Of a stretch of 64,000 bases of DNA, positions 51,932-64,000 are shown in pieces. The stretch comes from the human T2T-CHM13v2.0 reference genome, Homo sapiens. Position numbers and translations under genes: made by a program. The stretch is from assembly GCF_009914755.1 (NCBI RefSeq), contig NC_060934.1; one strand, given 5' to 3'. The notes below the pieces were generated by a model that worked only from the letters and a program-made list of their open reading frames with translations, had not been told where the DNA came from and did not search any database. Every line of letters begins with the position of its first letter. Position 1 is the stretch's first letter.

Positions 51932-52830
51932 CGTGACCCTATGCTGTATGTGACCCTGTGCTGCTCATGGCTTATGACCCTACAGTGCTCGTGACCCTGT
52001 GCTCCTCATGGCCCATGACCCTACAGTGCTCGTGACCCTGCGCTGCTCATGACACATGACCCTACAGTGCTCGTGACCCTGTGCTGCTCATGGCCCATGA
52101 CCCTACAGTGCTCGTGACCCTGCGCTGCTCATGGCCCATGACCCTACAGTGCTCGTGACCCTGCGCTGCTCATGACACATGACCCTACAGTGCTCATGAC
52201 CCTGCGCTGCTCATGACACATGACCCTACAGTGCTCGTGACCCTGCGCTGCTCATGGCCCATGACCCTACACTGTTCGTGACCCTGCGCTGCTCATGGTC
52301 CGTGACCCTACACTGCTTGTGACCCTGCGCTGCTCATGGCCCATGACCCTACAGTGCTCGTGACCCTGCGCTGCTCATGACACATGACCCTACAGTGCTC
52401 GTGACCCTGCGCTGCTCATGGCCCATGACCCTACACTGCTTGTGACCCTGCGCTGCTCATGACACATGACCCTACAGTGCTCGTGACCCTGCGCTGCTCA
52501 TGACACATGACCCTACAGTGCTCGTGACCCTGCGCTGCTCATGGCCCATGACCCTACACTGCTTGTGACCCTGCGCTGCTCATGACACATGACCCTACAG
52601 TGCTCGTGACCCTGCGCTGCTCATGACACATGACCCTACAGTGCTCGTGACCCTGCACTGCTCATGGCCCATGACCCTACACTGTTCATGACCCTGTGCT
52701 GCTCATAGTCCGTGACCCTACAGTGCTTGTGACCCTGCACTGCTCATGGCCCATGACCCTACACTGCTCATGACACTGTGTTGCTTATGGCTCATGACCT
52801 TACACTGCTCATGACCCTGTGCTGCTTGCT
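51932..52830. repeat. 41-bp minisatellite, about 21.5 copies, built from 24-bp and 17-bp subunits sharing TGACCCT
   Basis: Unit GTGACCCTGCGCTGCTCATG(GCC/ACA)CATGACCCTACAGTGCTC at exact 41-bp spacing from 51950 to 52811. Confidence 0.97.
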
Positions 52831-54254
52831 GATGGTCTTTTTATCCTTAATCTGCCCGGAGTTTTGCTTCCATTAAGGATTGTTCTCCGTCCCCCTCTTC
52901 TGCCCTGTCTTCCCTCCCCACTCCTTTTGTCCCTCTACCCTTACTCCCTTGCCCTTCTCTCCCTGGCCTCCCTGCTGAATCCCCCATGCCTGCTGCTTCT
53001 CCTGCCCCTCCACCTGCACAGTCACTGCCTCTAGAGTCCTTGCTCGTCCAATTTAATGTTTTCTTGTGCAAGAGGACACTTCAGTTTCCTTCTCAAATGC
53101 CCCATATGTTGTAAGCCTAGTTTAGGCACTTGCAAACACAGCTTTGCCTTAGAAGTTCTTTTCCAAACTATTACAAGACTCAAACAAGAGCACCACATAC
53201 CAGGTTTTACTCCCCCCTCTTCTTTGTTACCCCTTCATCCTGTCTCCAGCCTTAAAATGGAAGGGGCCCTCCAGTCTCAGGACCAGCCCCTCCTTTTCTT
53301 AGTTCTTAAGCCTCCCCCAGGTCCCTTGCCCCTGGCTTTGCTCTGTCTGCCTGTCACAGACTCTCAAACTGGCACCCCAGTTTGAGCTCCAGACCTGCAT
53401 GTTCACTACTTATGTGGCATCCGCTGGGACATTTCAAGACAGAAAGCGTCCAGAGTCAGGCCTGTGATCTTTTACCAACCTCTTCCTCCCCAGTGCACCC
53501 TGTCCCAGAGAACACACCTACCTAGCTGTGCAAGCCGGGAGCTGGGGGTCTTCCAGAGCAGCCCACCTTCTGTGATCGTTGGGTCCCCTTTACAGGCCTT
53601 GTGCATTCGCATCCCGTAAGAGACCTCTCCCAATCAGTGTTAATTACCCTTTTTCTCAAGAACTTCCTAAAGTTCAGCCGCCTCCTCAAAGACATCCTAA
53701 TGAAGTAACAAGTGTGAATTCTTCCTTTTCTTAAAAAACAAAACAAAACAAAAAACCTTTCCCATTCCATTTGGGAGTGTTGGTATCATTTAACTGAAAA
53801 TAATCTGTATTTTATTTATGTGTAAACATTTTCCTTTCCACATGTACCTTTTTGCGTTTTGTAATATTTAAGACTTTATGGACATTATATACTGTGAATA
53901 ATTATAACATTAATGGGTTTTATCTGCAAGTTCTTAAAAATAGCATGGATGGTGTCTGTTTAATTTTGTTTTTTTTTCTGTTACATTTTCACTTTGCAAA
54001 TGCATTTGATAAAAACTGTAGTAGTAATTTCATAGTTCAGAGAAGTGTAAGACGTACTATCAATAATAAACAGAGTTCTACTATGGGAAACTAAAAAAGA
54101 CATTCTTACCTCGTGGCCCAACTTAATGGGCTTTGTAGATATTTCTGATGTCTGTCTTCAACCTAAACTCTGTCAGTTTAGAAATCCTGTATTACTTGGT
54201 TTTATTTTCCAATCATTTTAATGATTTAAAAATAGGTATATAAAATCCTAATCG

Positions 54255-55025
54255 CAGTGATATACGACTTCACACACATTAGGATGACTATTACCAAAAC
54301 AAAACAGAAAATAAGAAATGTTAGGGAGGATGTGGAGAAATTGGAATCCTTGTGCATTGCTGAAATGTGAAATGGTGCATACGGTGGAAAATGATATGGC
54401 AGCTCCTCAAAAATTGAACATAGGATTACCCTATGATCCAGCAATTCCACCTCTGGGTATGTACCCAAAAGAATTAAAAGCACGGATTCAAACAGATACT
54501 TGTACACCAGTGTTCATAGCTGCATTGTTCACAATAGCCACACAGGGGGAACAGCTCAAATGTTCATTGACAGAAGAATGGATAAACATGATGGTGTATA
54601 TGCATACAGCTGAATATTATTCAGCCTTAAAAAGGAAGTTCTGACCCATGCCACAACATGGGTGAACCTTGAGGTCATTATGCGAAGTGATAATAAGCCA
54701 GACAGAAAAGGACGAATATTTTATTATTCTACCAATATGATGTGCCAAGAGTAGTCAGATTCATAGAGAATGGTGGTTGCCCGGAGCTGCGGAGAGGGAG
54801 GAAGTGGGGAATTATTATTTAACGGGTATAGAGTTTCAGTTTGGGAAGATGATAAAGTTCTGGAGATAGATGGTGGTGATGGTTGCACAGCAGTGTGTCA
54901 GGTGAATGTGGTAACCACCACACTGCAGAAACAACACAACAGTGTGAATGTACCTAATGCCGCTGAACTGAAAATGGTTAAATGGTAAATTACATGTTGT
55001 GTATATTTTACCACAATAATTAAAA
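54255..55025 (+). mobile_element. L1MB/MA-like 3' end, sense to CCNY
   Basis: gattaccctatgatccagcaattccacctctgggtatgtacccaaaagaatt and terminal aaaatggttaaatggtaaattacatgttgtgtatattttaccacaataa. Confidence 0.88.
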
Positions 55026-55456
55026 GATAGGCTTATCAACAACTGCATGTATATCTATAGTTATCTCAAAACAAAAAGCTTAATTTAAAAAACCCTACAA
55101 ACAAAAAAAAAGTGTATTCTCTATACATTCTCTGTCCTTTCTGTTGGAACAGTCATTAACATGTATGGATATCACAGTTGATAGAGTGAGAAATTAGCCT
55201 GTGCTTCCTGGAATTGTTTCCTCCACAGAGTCTGTTTAAGATCCAGCTGCACCCACACTGTCCACTAATGGAGTGGGACTTTTAGCCCACGTTTCATCAG
55301 ACTCATTGAGTCATTTGGCCTTTTAAAAATAAATGTGATTGGGTAATAAATTCCCATTTAAAGGTGGATGTAATACATATTTTAGCATTTCTTGAGGTGT
55401 GCTGGTGTTTAGGAGAAAACAAATCACTTAGCTCTGGCATTGTCTTGTCTTCCCAG

Positions 55457-55623
55457 GTGTACCTTGAAAGACTTTTAACATACGCAGAGATAGATATCTG
55501 TCCGGCCAACTGGAAGCGGATTGTTTTAGGGGCGATCCTGCTGGCCTCCAAGGTGTGGGATGACCAGGCTGTATGGAATGTGGATTACTGCCAGATCCTG
55601 AAAGACATCACGGTGGAGGACAT
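55457..55623 (+). CDS. CCNY: Cyclin Y exon (probably exon 8), 167 nt, [55 protein letters not shown](M)
   Basis: Acceptor tcttgtcttcccag|GTG; donor CAT|gtgagt; cyclin-box motif LLASKVWDD; overlaps track ORF 55364..55627. Confidence 0.98.
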
Positions 55624-57934
55624 GTGAGTTGGGGGGCAGAGGGTGTTGGTCATCAGAGTCTTGGCCAGACCATTTGGAAAGAAAGCTGCCTCCTTTTTTA
55701 ATGGTCTGTATAGCGCAGAATGCATGCATTTGACTGAATGTCTGTTGTGAGCTGTTACAACAGGGGCATGGCTGTGGAATATTACATATGAAAACCTGCA
55801 TTTCTCATCATGTGGATCTTGAACAGGTACTGGTAACACCTCCTGGTTTTGTGAAACTGGTTTACAGAAACTATATTGTAGGCAAACACTCCTTTAATTA
55901 GAAAGGTGTGGTCCAGCACTGATAGCAGCCTGTGATGGTTTATATTTGGGCTTTGTATCTCACTGCAGACTGATCACAGAGAGGTAATGCCGCCATACAG
56001 TCCTTTGTGGTCAATAAGGCAATCCAAAAAGCACAAAAGCTAAAATATTTTACATTTTTGTTTAGTTTCACAGAGAAAACATCCACTGCTTTGTCATGTT
56101 TTGCAGGTTCAGTTGCTTCAGGTCAGCCTCGTGTCCCTGGGGCTCCCACTTGCAGCATGAACAGGGCTCGGGGAGGGCATCGCCCTTGGGGGTTGTGGGG
56201 ACTGAGAGCTGTCCACTCCCCTCACTCTCTGGGCAGTGTCAGGGTTTCTCAGATGGGCCAGTCTTCAATTTAGGTGAGGATTATTAGTAGGACACCTGCA
56301 GACTGTTGTCTGGGGGGTCTCTAGGGACTGGGAATCCAGGAACTGAGTTCAGAGCCCTTGGGGAAGAAGGAATTGTAGAAAACAATCAGATAGCACTACT
56401 TGACTTACAGTTCCTTATGATTTGTAGTCACTTCTGACATTATTGTTGCTAAAACTTTTCTCATACTTTTTGTTTGGCAAACCTCCTCAAGGGGGCTTTA
56501 AGCTGGAGGAGGTTACCAGCTCTGTCTCAGTCTACACCCACATCCCTGCCCCCAGTAATCCTCAGATGCAGGACCTTCCCAGTGCCTGTGACAACTACCA
56601 CTGCAGGGGTGTCCCTGGGCTGCAGACTCGTGGGCATGTGGGTTCTGGATTCCGCAGCAGCCTAGGGCCCTCCTTGCCTCTGGTTACTGACTCCCCAGGC
56701 ACCCATTGTTGTGGCACCCTTTGAAGCACTGCTTGTTTATGTTCTTAGGGCATTTGTTGCAGAGCCTATTCCTGCTGCAGACCTATAAAATTTCATCCTG
56801 TGTCTTTAGTTCTTTATTACATAAAGTAAGAAACACATAAAGAAGTTTTTTTAATCAGAACTATATAGTAAGAAAAATAAAATTCTTGACTATATTTCAT
56901 GGTGAAAACAGCTACTAAAATAGTTGTCATTCATATCATAAAGGAGGTGGACATTTGGGTGCGAGGTATAAGAAATTCTGGCCTGTTTTCTTTATTGGGG
57001 ATTATCTTTGCTCAGCTGCTTGGTATCATTTGACACTGAACAGCACGTCACATGATGACTTCCTGGCTGTCCCCTCCTGTTAGATGATACATGACCAGTG
57101 ACTTGGTTTAGGTGGTGCTCAGGTTCTGTGAGAGCACAGAGGGCCCCCCGACCATGACTAGGTGTGTCCACTTAAAGCCAGAATACCTAATGAAATTAGA
57201 CTAGGTCTTAAATATTTTGATTTGTATCCTAACTATATTTCCAAAAGGAAGTGAGAGACAAATGCAAATTGCAGATACCACAGAAGCATGAAAACAAAAG
57301 AGAACAGAGAAAAATGACCAGTGAATAACATTAGAGGTGTGGAGGAGATGCCTTTTGTACTCTTATCCTTAACCCACCAGGTTTAATTCACCAAAATGCC
57401 AGCAAACTGAATTTTCATGGAAACTTAAGATCAATGGAAAATCCTCTTAGTTGATTTCAAATTTTGAGGAAATGTTTATAAAATATTTGTCAGGAGGTAC
57501 ACACTGCCCAGTTCATGCATATGTCAGTTGAATCCTCTCAGCAACCCTGTGACATGTGTACTGATGTCCATGTTACAGATCTGGATACTGAGGCCTAGAG
57601 AGGTTCAATAATGCTCCAACAAAATAACCAAGTGGGGAGGTTTATCCCCAGCTGATTAAGAAAGGCTCATCTTTCTTAATCCCAGTGACCATTCATTATA
57701 CAGTAGTCAAATGAAAATGATGTGTACTGGTCCTCAGTTACGAAGATGTTTTAAACATTCATTTTTAATTTTTCCTTCTCTCTTTAAATAAAAAGATAGG
57801 AGGGTAAAGTAACAGGTCATTTGGAATTCTAGGTACTTAGGTTGTATTCATTGAAGGTTTAAATTCAAGTCAGTAAAACCCAATTACCAGGAATATTTAT
57901 AATCACAATAACAACAACAGCAGCAGCAGCTATC

Positions 57935-58100
57935 CTATATTGAGTACTTCCTAGCTCAAAAGAAATGATTTTTCTGCGTTAATTCACATCTCACATTTAT
58001 CCATGAGGTGGTACTATTATTCCCATTTTACAGATGGAAACGAGGCCCTGAGAATTAAGTAAGATGCCCAGGTGACTTGACTAGTAAGTCAGTCACAATC
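57935..58100. mobile_element. MIR SINE
   Basis: attattcccattttacagatggaaacgaggccctgagaattaagtaagatgcccagg. Confidence 0.7.
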
Positions 58101-59284
58101 TATGTTTCTTCTAAGCAATTGGAGCTACAGTTGTTTCATTTAATACTTAATTTAAAAAACAACTGTTTTTTGTAAGTCAACTCTTTTTCTACACAGAGAA
58201 GTTAAAACAGTTGGCCAGTGTTCATTCAGCTGAAATTAACTTAATATCAAGAATTGTTTTGATAATGATAGCCTTAATGTCTGTTCTTTTGATGGGCAGT
58301 CAATATCTTAAAAAATTATACATTATAATAAGGTTGGATTTTTTTTCAAGTGCAAAATACTAATAGTTACTGTATTGAATGAAGCTGCTGCTTTACTCAT
58401 TAAGATTTTGAAAGAACCAGCACTATGGTTAGTAGAATAGTAGGATTGATGTTAAAACTCTATTCCATATTTTGTCCAAAGAAAATTGATCATTTTTTAG
58501 CCTGTTTTCTGTCTTTTTTGAAAGCTGTTGGTGCCCAGGCTACCCCATTGCCATCTGAGCCACTGGCTGAACCTTAGTGACTCATGCAGCATTTGATCAG
58601 TGCCCCACATGCCTGTAGCTGGGCAAAGGAAGGAGGCATTCAGGAAGACCTGATGTTTCTAAAAGGTCTGACCATAAATAGTTCTCCTGAAGAAACTGGA
58701 GTGCCACCTTTTTCCACTGCCCTCTGTCAGGCTGGAGAGCAGATCATGGGGAGATGCAGCTCAGGTGCCTTGTGCTCCTCTGCTTTCCTTGCAGAGCTCT
58801 GAGGACTGCAGGCCCTGAGTAGGCAAAGTTGTAACCTGGCCAGACTGAGTCCTTGCGTGTTCAGATTCTTGCATATTTTATTCTACTGTTTGTTTTGAGA
58901 GCCACTGTGATCCATCTATAATATACTGTTTACTCTTTGGTTATATGATTACCACACTATAAGACTCTATATGTTCTCTGTAGAAAAGCTGATCAAACAA
59001 TTGCGTATATGGATATTTGGGGAGGAATAGACACGTTTTCCCCCTGACAGAAGATTGGAGGGAGCATGGAGCTTCCTTCTGATAGGGGTAATAGCTGAAA
59101 GGATGCTCTGAACCACACATAAATCAGGAATTTACAGTTCCTGATTACGCAGAGGTACTTGGCACGGTTGTGTCTCCATTCCTTTCTGGAGGTGCCAGCC
59201 AGTGACCACAATAGTGGAGGTCTTTATACATTTTGGCCTGTTTATCCCTAGAAGTAGTTTGGAAAATTTTATATCCTCACTACA

Positions 59285-59540
59285 TTTTTTTTTTTTTTTT
59301 AAGACAGAGTTTCATTGTTGTTGCCCAGGCTGGAGTCCAATGGCGTGATCTTGGCTCACTGCAACTTCGCTTCCCGGGTTCAAGCAATTCTCCTGCCTCA
59401 GCCTCCTGAGTAGCTGGGATTACAGGCGCCCGCCATTAGTCCTGACTAATTTTTGGTATTTTTAGTACAGATGGGGTTTCACCATGTTGGCCAGGCTGGT
59501 CTCAAACTCCTGACCTTAGGTGATCTGCCCACCTCGGCCT
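59285..59540 (-). mobile_element. AluSp/Sq-like, missing about 45 bp of its 5' end
   Basis: Reverse Alu with ttgttgcccaggctggagtccaatgg; similarity stops at acctcggcct. Confidence 0.9.
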
Positions 59541-59912
59541 TAATTTGAAAATTTTTATCCCAAGTTTTAGTTGTTGTAAAGGATGTTATTTGCAATATAT
59601 TTTATATAGTAGGGTTTTAAAGTTAAAAGTATTCATTAGAGACTGAATATACCAGAGTAATATGAAACTCACAGTTACCCATTTTCTTAGAGGTGAAAAT
59701 TTTACATTGCTGCTTTTTCTCCTTGAACTCATTATTTTCTTTCTAGTTTCCTCACACATTAGCCTCTTCTTCAAAATTCTCCATATCAAAAATGTACATT
59801 TAAGTCAAAATTGCAGTAGTGTTTTCTGGATGATAATGTTCTAATTTATTAAAAACACTTTCAGGTCTGAGTTGTCATTAGTACACAGTTGATCAAAATA
59901 TAGACATACTAA

Positions 59913-60208
<296 letters not shown>

Positions 60209-60943
60209 TCAGTATAAATTATTAAATATACAAAAAGTAAAACCTTATGGGAAATAGATTTCTTAATGAGATCAGTAGTTTGTTCTTTCATTAGTTTATA
60301 TTTTTGTGTATGATGATTATTGAAACCAGGCTGAGCATCAGTTTTATTCCCCTTTCTCTTCTTTTGCCTCTTTGGTGTGAGTTCAGAGCGCATGTTCAGA
60401 TGAGTAGGTGAAATTTTGAGGAGTTTTATTATAGTAGTGTCACTCAAGTCTTAAAACAGTTTTTGAATTATATGCTAAAATTACACAGCCATCTATTAGT
60501 AAAGGCTATTTAAATGAGCCTACCAACCCCTGCTTCAGTTTGTTGAAAGCAAAAACTGGAAACCATCTAAGTAGCCTGTCACTAGAGTCATTCACTTTTC
60601 CAGCACCACATGTTGGGATATAGTCCCTTTCCTGGGTTCCTCAGAGGGAGTTCCCCCTGAGGCAGTGAACCTTAGTAAGGGCAGGTGAGCAGCCTGCCTT
60701 TCCCTTCCAGGGTAGGAGAAGAGCAACTGGGAAAGAAGAAGCCAGAAGGAGAACCTGCACACACAGATTTGTTCTCCAGCAAGTCAGTTTTAGGAGAGTG
60801 AAATGAAAGTTACAGATCTAGAAATCTCTTTCCTAATGCTGTGTTCTCAAGCATGCTTAGAGACACTTTCTGTACTATAAATTGAATGCATATCCCAGCT
60901 TGAAGTCCAGAGTCCCGCTGAGTCCTGTAACAGATGCTATTCA

Positions 60944-63078
60944 TGACATGGGCTGAATTGTCTCCTCTAAAATAGATGTGTGAAGTCCTAACCCCCAGAC
61001 CCTCAGAATGTGACCATATTTGGAGATATATTTTTTAAAGAGGAAATTAAATTAAAATGGGGTCATTAGGGTGGGCCCTAATCCAGTATGTCTGATGTCC
61101 TCATAAGAAGAGATTAGGACACAGACAACACAGAGGGATGGCCATGTGAGGACACAGAGAAGGTAGCGTCTGCAAGCCAAGGAGAGAGGTCTCGGAAGAA
61201 ACCAACCCCACTAACACCTTGATCTTGGACTAGTAGCCTCTAGAATTGTGAGAAAATAAATTTCTGTTGTTGAAGCCACCCAGTCTGTGGGACTTTGTTA
61301 CCTGTGCTAGTCTGTAGCCCTAGCCAACTAATACAGATTTTGGTACTGGGAAGTGAGGTGCTGCTGTAGCAAATACCTAAAAATGTGGAAGTGGCTTTGA
61401 AAGTTGGTAAGGAATAGAGGCAGGAGGAGTTTTGAGGTGCATATTAGAAAAACCCAAGACTGCCTTGAAGGGATTGTTGGTAGAAATGTGGGCATTAAAG
61501 GTGATTCTGGTGAAGACTCAGAAAAGAGGACAGCTGTAGAAAATGCCTCTACCATTTTAGATGCATTCACATGTCATCATGAACAGAATGTTGTTGGCAA
61601 TATGAATGTCCAAGGTGCTTATGGTGAGGTCTCAGAAAGAAGTGAGGAGCATGTTCCTGGGAGCTGGAGGAAAGGTGATCCTTGTTAAAAAGTGGCAAAG
61701 ACCTGACCAAATAGCGTTCTAGTGTTTTGTGGAAAGTGGAATGTTTAAGAAATGAATGTGGATGTTTTAGCCAAGGAGATTTCCATGCACAGTGTGGAAG
61801 TCACAGCCTAGTCCCTCTTGTTGCTCGTAGTATACTGTGAGAGGAGAGAGAGAAACAGAAGGAGGAGGAATTATTTAGTAACAAGGAACCAAATCTTCTA
61901 GCTGAAGATTTAGAAATCTCAAATCTTCTAATCTCAGTCTATCCATATGGCAAAAAAATGGGAAAGTGTGCTCTGGAGGCAACACAAGGGTGCTGGGACA
62001 GCATTTGCTAAAGAGATTACAGATGTGACAGATGGATCCAGTCAGCCAGCCATCTCAGCAGAAGCGCTGCCGGCTTGCACCAAAGGGCCCAGAGACAGGA
62101 CAGGTGAAGCAAGGCTGTCGTACTCTGGCATTCCACGGGCCAGCAGAACTGTCTGGCATGACTTGTGATATCCTCCAAGGAAAGGGGTGAATGATCCTGA
62201 GATGGTACCGAGGCCAGCAGGTCTGCCACTGCCACCATGGGCCCAGCAGGCACAGCCTGGAGTGAGGCTGTTTCCTCCTTGGCTCCAGGGGGTTAGGCCA
62301 AGGCAGGGCTGCCTACCTGGGGGTGGGTGATGGCGCATCAGCAGAGAGGACTTAAGTCTTCAATCCCTGGAGCTTGCCCTGCTAGATTTCGGGCTTGCTG
62401 GACACTGTGACCTCTTTCTTTCTGAGTTTTCTTTCTTTTGGAAGGAAAGGGGATGCCTGTCCTATGTCTGTCCTATGCCTGTGCCACCATTGTATTTTAG
62501 AAGCAGGTCACTGGGTCACAGCTGGAGAGGAATTTTGCCTTAGGATGAATCATACCTCAATCTTCACCCATACCTGATTCAGATGAGATTTAGATAGGAT
62601 TTGGGACTTAGAGATGGAGCGGGAATGCATTAGGACTTTGGGGCTGTTAGGATGAGGTGAGTGTGTTCTGCATGTAAGATGGACATGAATTCTGAAGGGC
62701 ACGAAGGCAGTGTTGCGGGGCTGAACTTTGTCCCCCTCAAATTCACATGCAAAGCCCTCCCAACCCCTAGTGTTTGAGAATGTAACCATGTCTGGAGATA
62801 AGGTTTTTAAAGACCTAATTAAATTAACATTGGTTCATTTGGGTGGGTCCTAACCTAATATGACAGGTGTCCTATAAGAAGAAGAGATCAGAACACAGGG
62901 AACAGACAGAAGGATGAGCATGTGAGACTCAGACAGCCACCTGCAAGCTACGGAGAGCAGCCTCAGGAGATACCAGTCTGCTGACAGCTTGGACTTACAG
63001 CCACAAACTGTGGGGAAAAAATTCCCGTTGTTTAAGCCCCTAGCATTTTCATTACAGCAGCTCTTGCAAACTAATACA
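60944..63078 (+). mobile_element. Complete MLT1A-type MaLR element: 5' LTR 60944-61335, internal 61336-62710, 3' LTR 62711-63078
   Basis: Two homologous LTRs ending aactaataca; internal start gattttggtactgggaagtg; ORF 61404-61688 ending EHVPGSWRKGDPC is homologous to THE1 internal EELVGNWSKGDSC. Confidence 0.85.
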
Positions 63079-64000
63079 CCCTGTAAACTTTATTAAAAGA
63101 AGGAATGAAATCTACATTCTAGGAGCTGCTGGAGATATCTGTGGACATAGATGCTGGTGGAGCTAGAGGCTCCAAGTGATTTTGTGGCACCTGCACAGTA
63201 AAATAGATTTACTATTAGAATTTTTAGAAATGAATACTTCATTCAGTCTTTCCCAGTAAAACCGTGTGAGCCCAGGAATTGGTGGAATTGGACATCACTC
63301 AGCTGAATGGCTGAGGGAAAATCATGACTCCTCGGTAGCCCTTTATGGGGAGAGGAGGTAGCACAAGGCTCACTGGAAGCTGGGGGCCCTGCACCAAGGT
63401 AAAGATGAGCAGAGGCACTGCCGGTGAGTTTTCCCAGCATAACTTCAGGAATAGAGCTGAGATGACACAGCCTGTAGAACAGGGGCCTGGACAGCCACCC
63501 AAGCTGCACTCCCTACCTGCAGTACCTTAGATGAACAATGGGTTCCTTCCACAAATCCCACTTGGGTGTCCCAGAATGAGGGAGGTGCGTGCCAGGAGCT
63601 TGTCCTTCTTGGCACGCTGTGGAAGTCCCCAAGATCCTAGAATCCTCTTTTTCATCCCCAAGTGGGAAAAGAGTCAGTGGCTTGGGCCTGAGGGTGGGGT
63701 GGGAGGCGTTTGGGCAGGAGAAGTCTCAGATATCCTGGGGTGGGCTCCATCCTATCAAGGGCTGCCCTGCTGCATTTTTCTATAATCCCATCACTCAGAA
63801 AGAATATTGCTAACATTTTTATTATATAGAACTTCCCAGTGTTTACATAGATTTTATTTTTACAAAACTGGGCCCATACTGTACGCGTTGTTTTAAACTT
63901 TTTGCCATTTAGCAGTGTGTTAATCTGTGGTTAGCTGGTCTCAGTTTCCTGGCAGAGGCAAACAACCCGAGCTCTCCCTTGGAGCTCCTGAGCAGGGAGA

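Overview
Primate, almost certainly human, genomic DNA from inside the cyclin Y gene (CCNY, + strand). Six short internal coding exons (4106-4140, 19127-19227, 28569-28604, 32578-32635, 32729-32848, 55457-55623) have GT-AG boundaries and matching phases. They splice into one open frame, [32 protein letters not shown]...[30 protein letters not shown]. Exon numbers 3-8 are from my recollection of the canonical transcript. About 99% of the window is intron. It holds about 14 Alus, old L1/L2/MIR fragments, DNA transposons (MER5A1, MER94, MER2B, Tigger2a, Tigger3b) and LTR elements (two MER21, a THE1 solo LTR, LTR3A, MLT1, complete THE1 and MLT1A elements, an ERVL-like pro/pol fossil). There are also three minisatellites (52, 64 and 41 bp units). 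Nearly all ORFs in the track are spurious or repeat-derived. I cannot support a new multi-gene system here. Best leads: (1) exons 4-7 total 315 nt with phase 0 at both ends and are flanked by inverted Alus, so a back-spliced circle would carry a stop-free endless ORF; (2) a 52-bp VNTR with a 5-unit higher-order period inside a hairpin MITE; (3) a 41-bp VNTR repeating an ARE-like core 16 times; (4) a 64-bp VNTR repeating a sense-strand splice-acceptor-like motif; (5) a THE1 element with discordant LTRs and a 378-codon open frame. Repeat subfamily names come from remembered consensus sequences and need RepeatMasker/Dfam confirmation.
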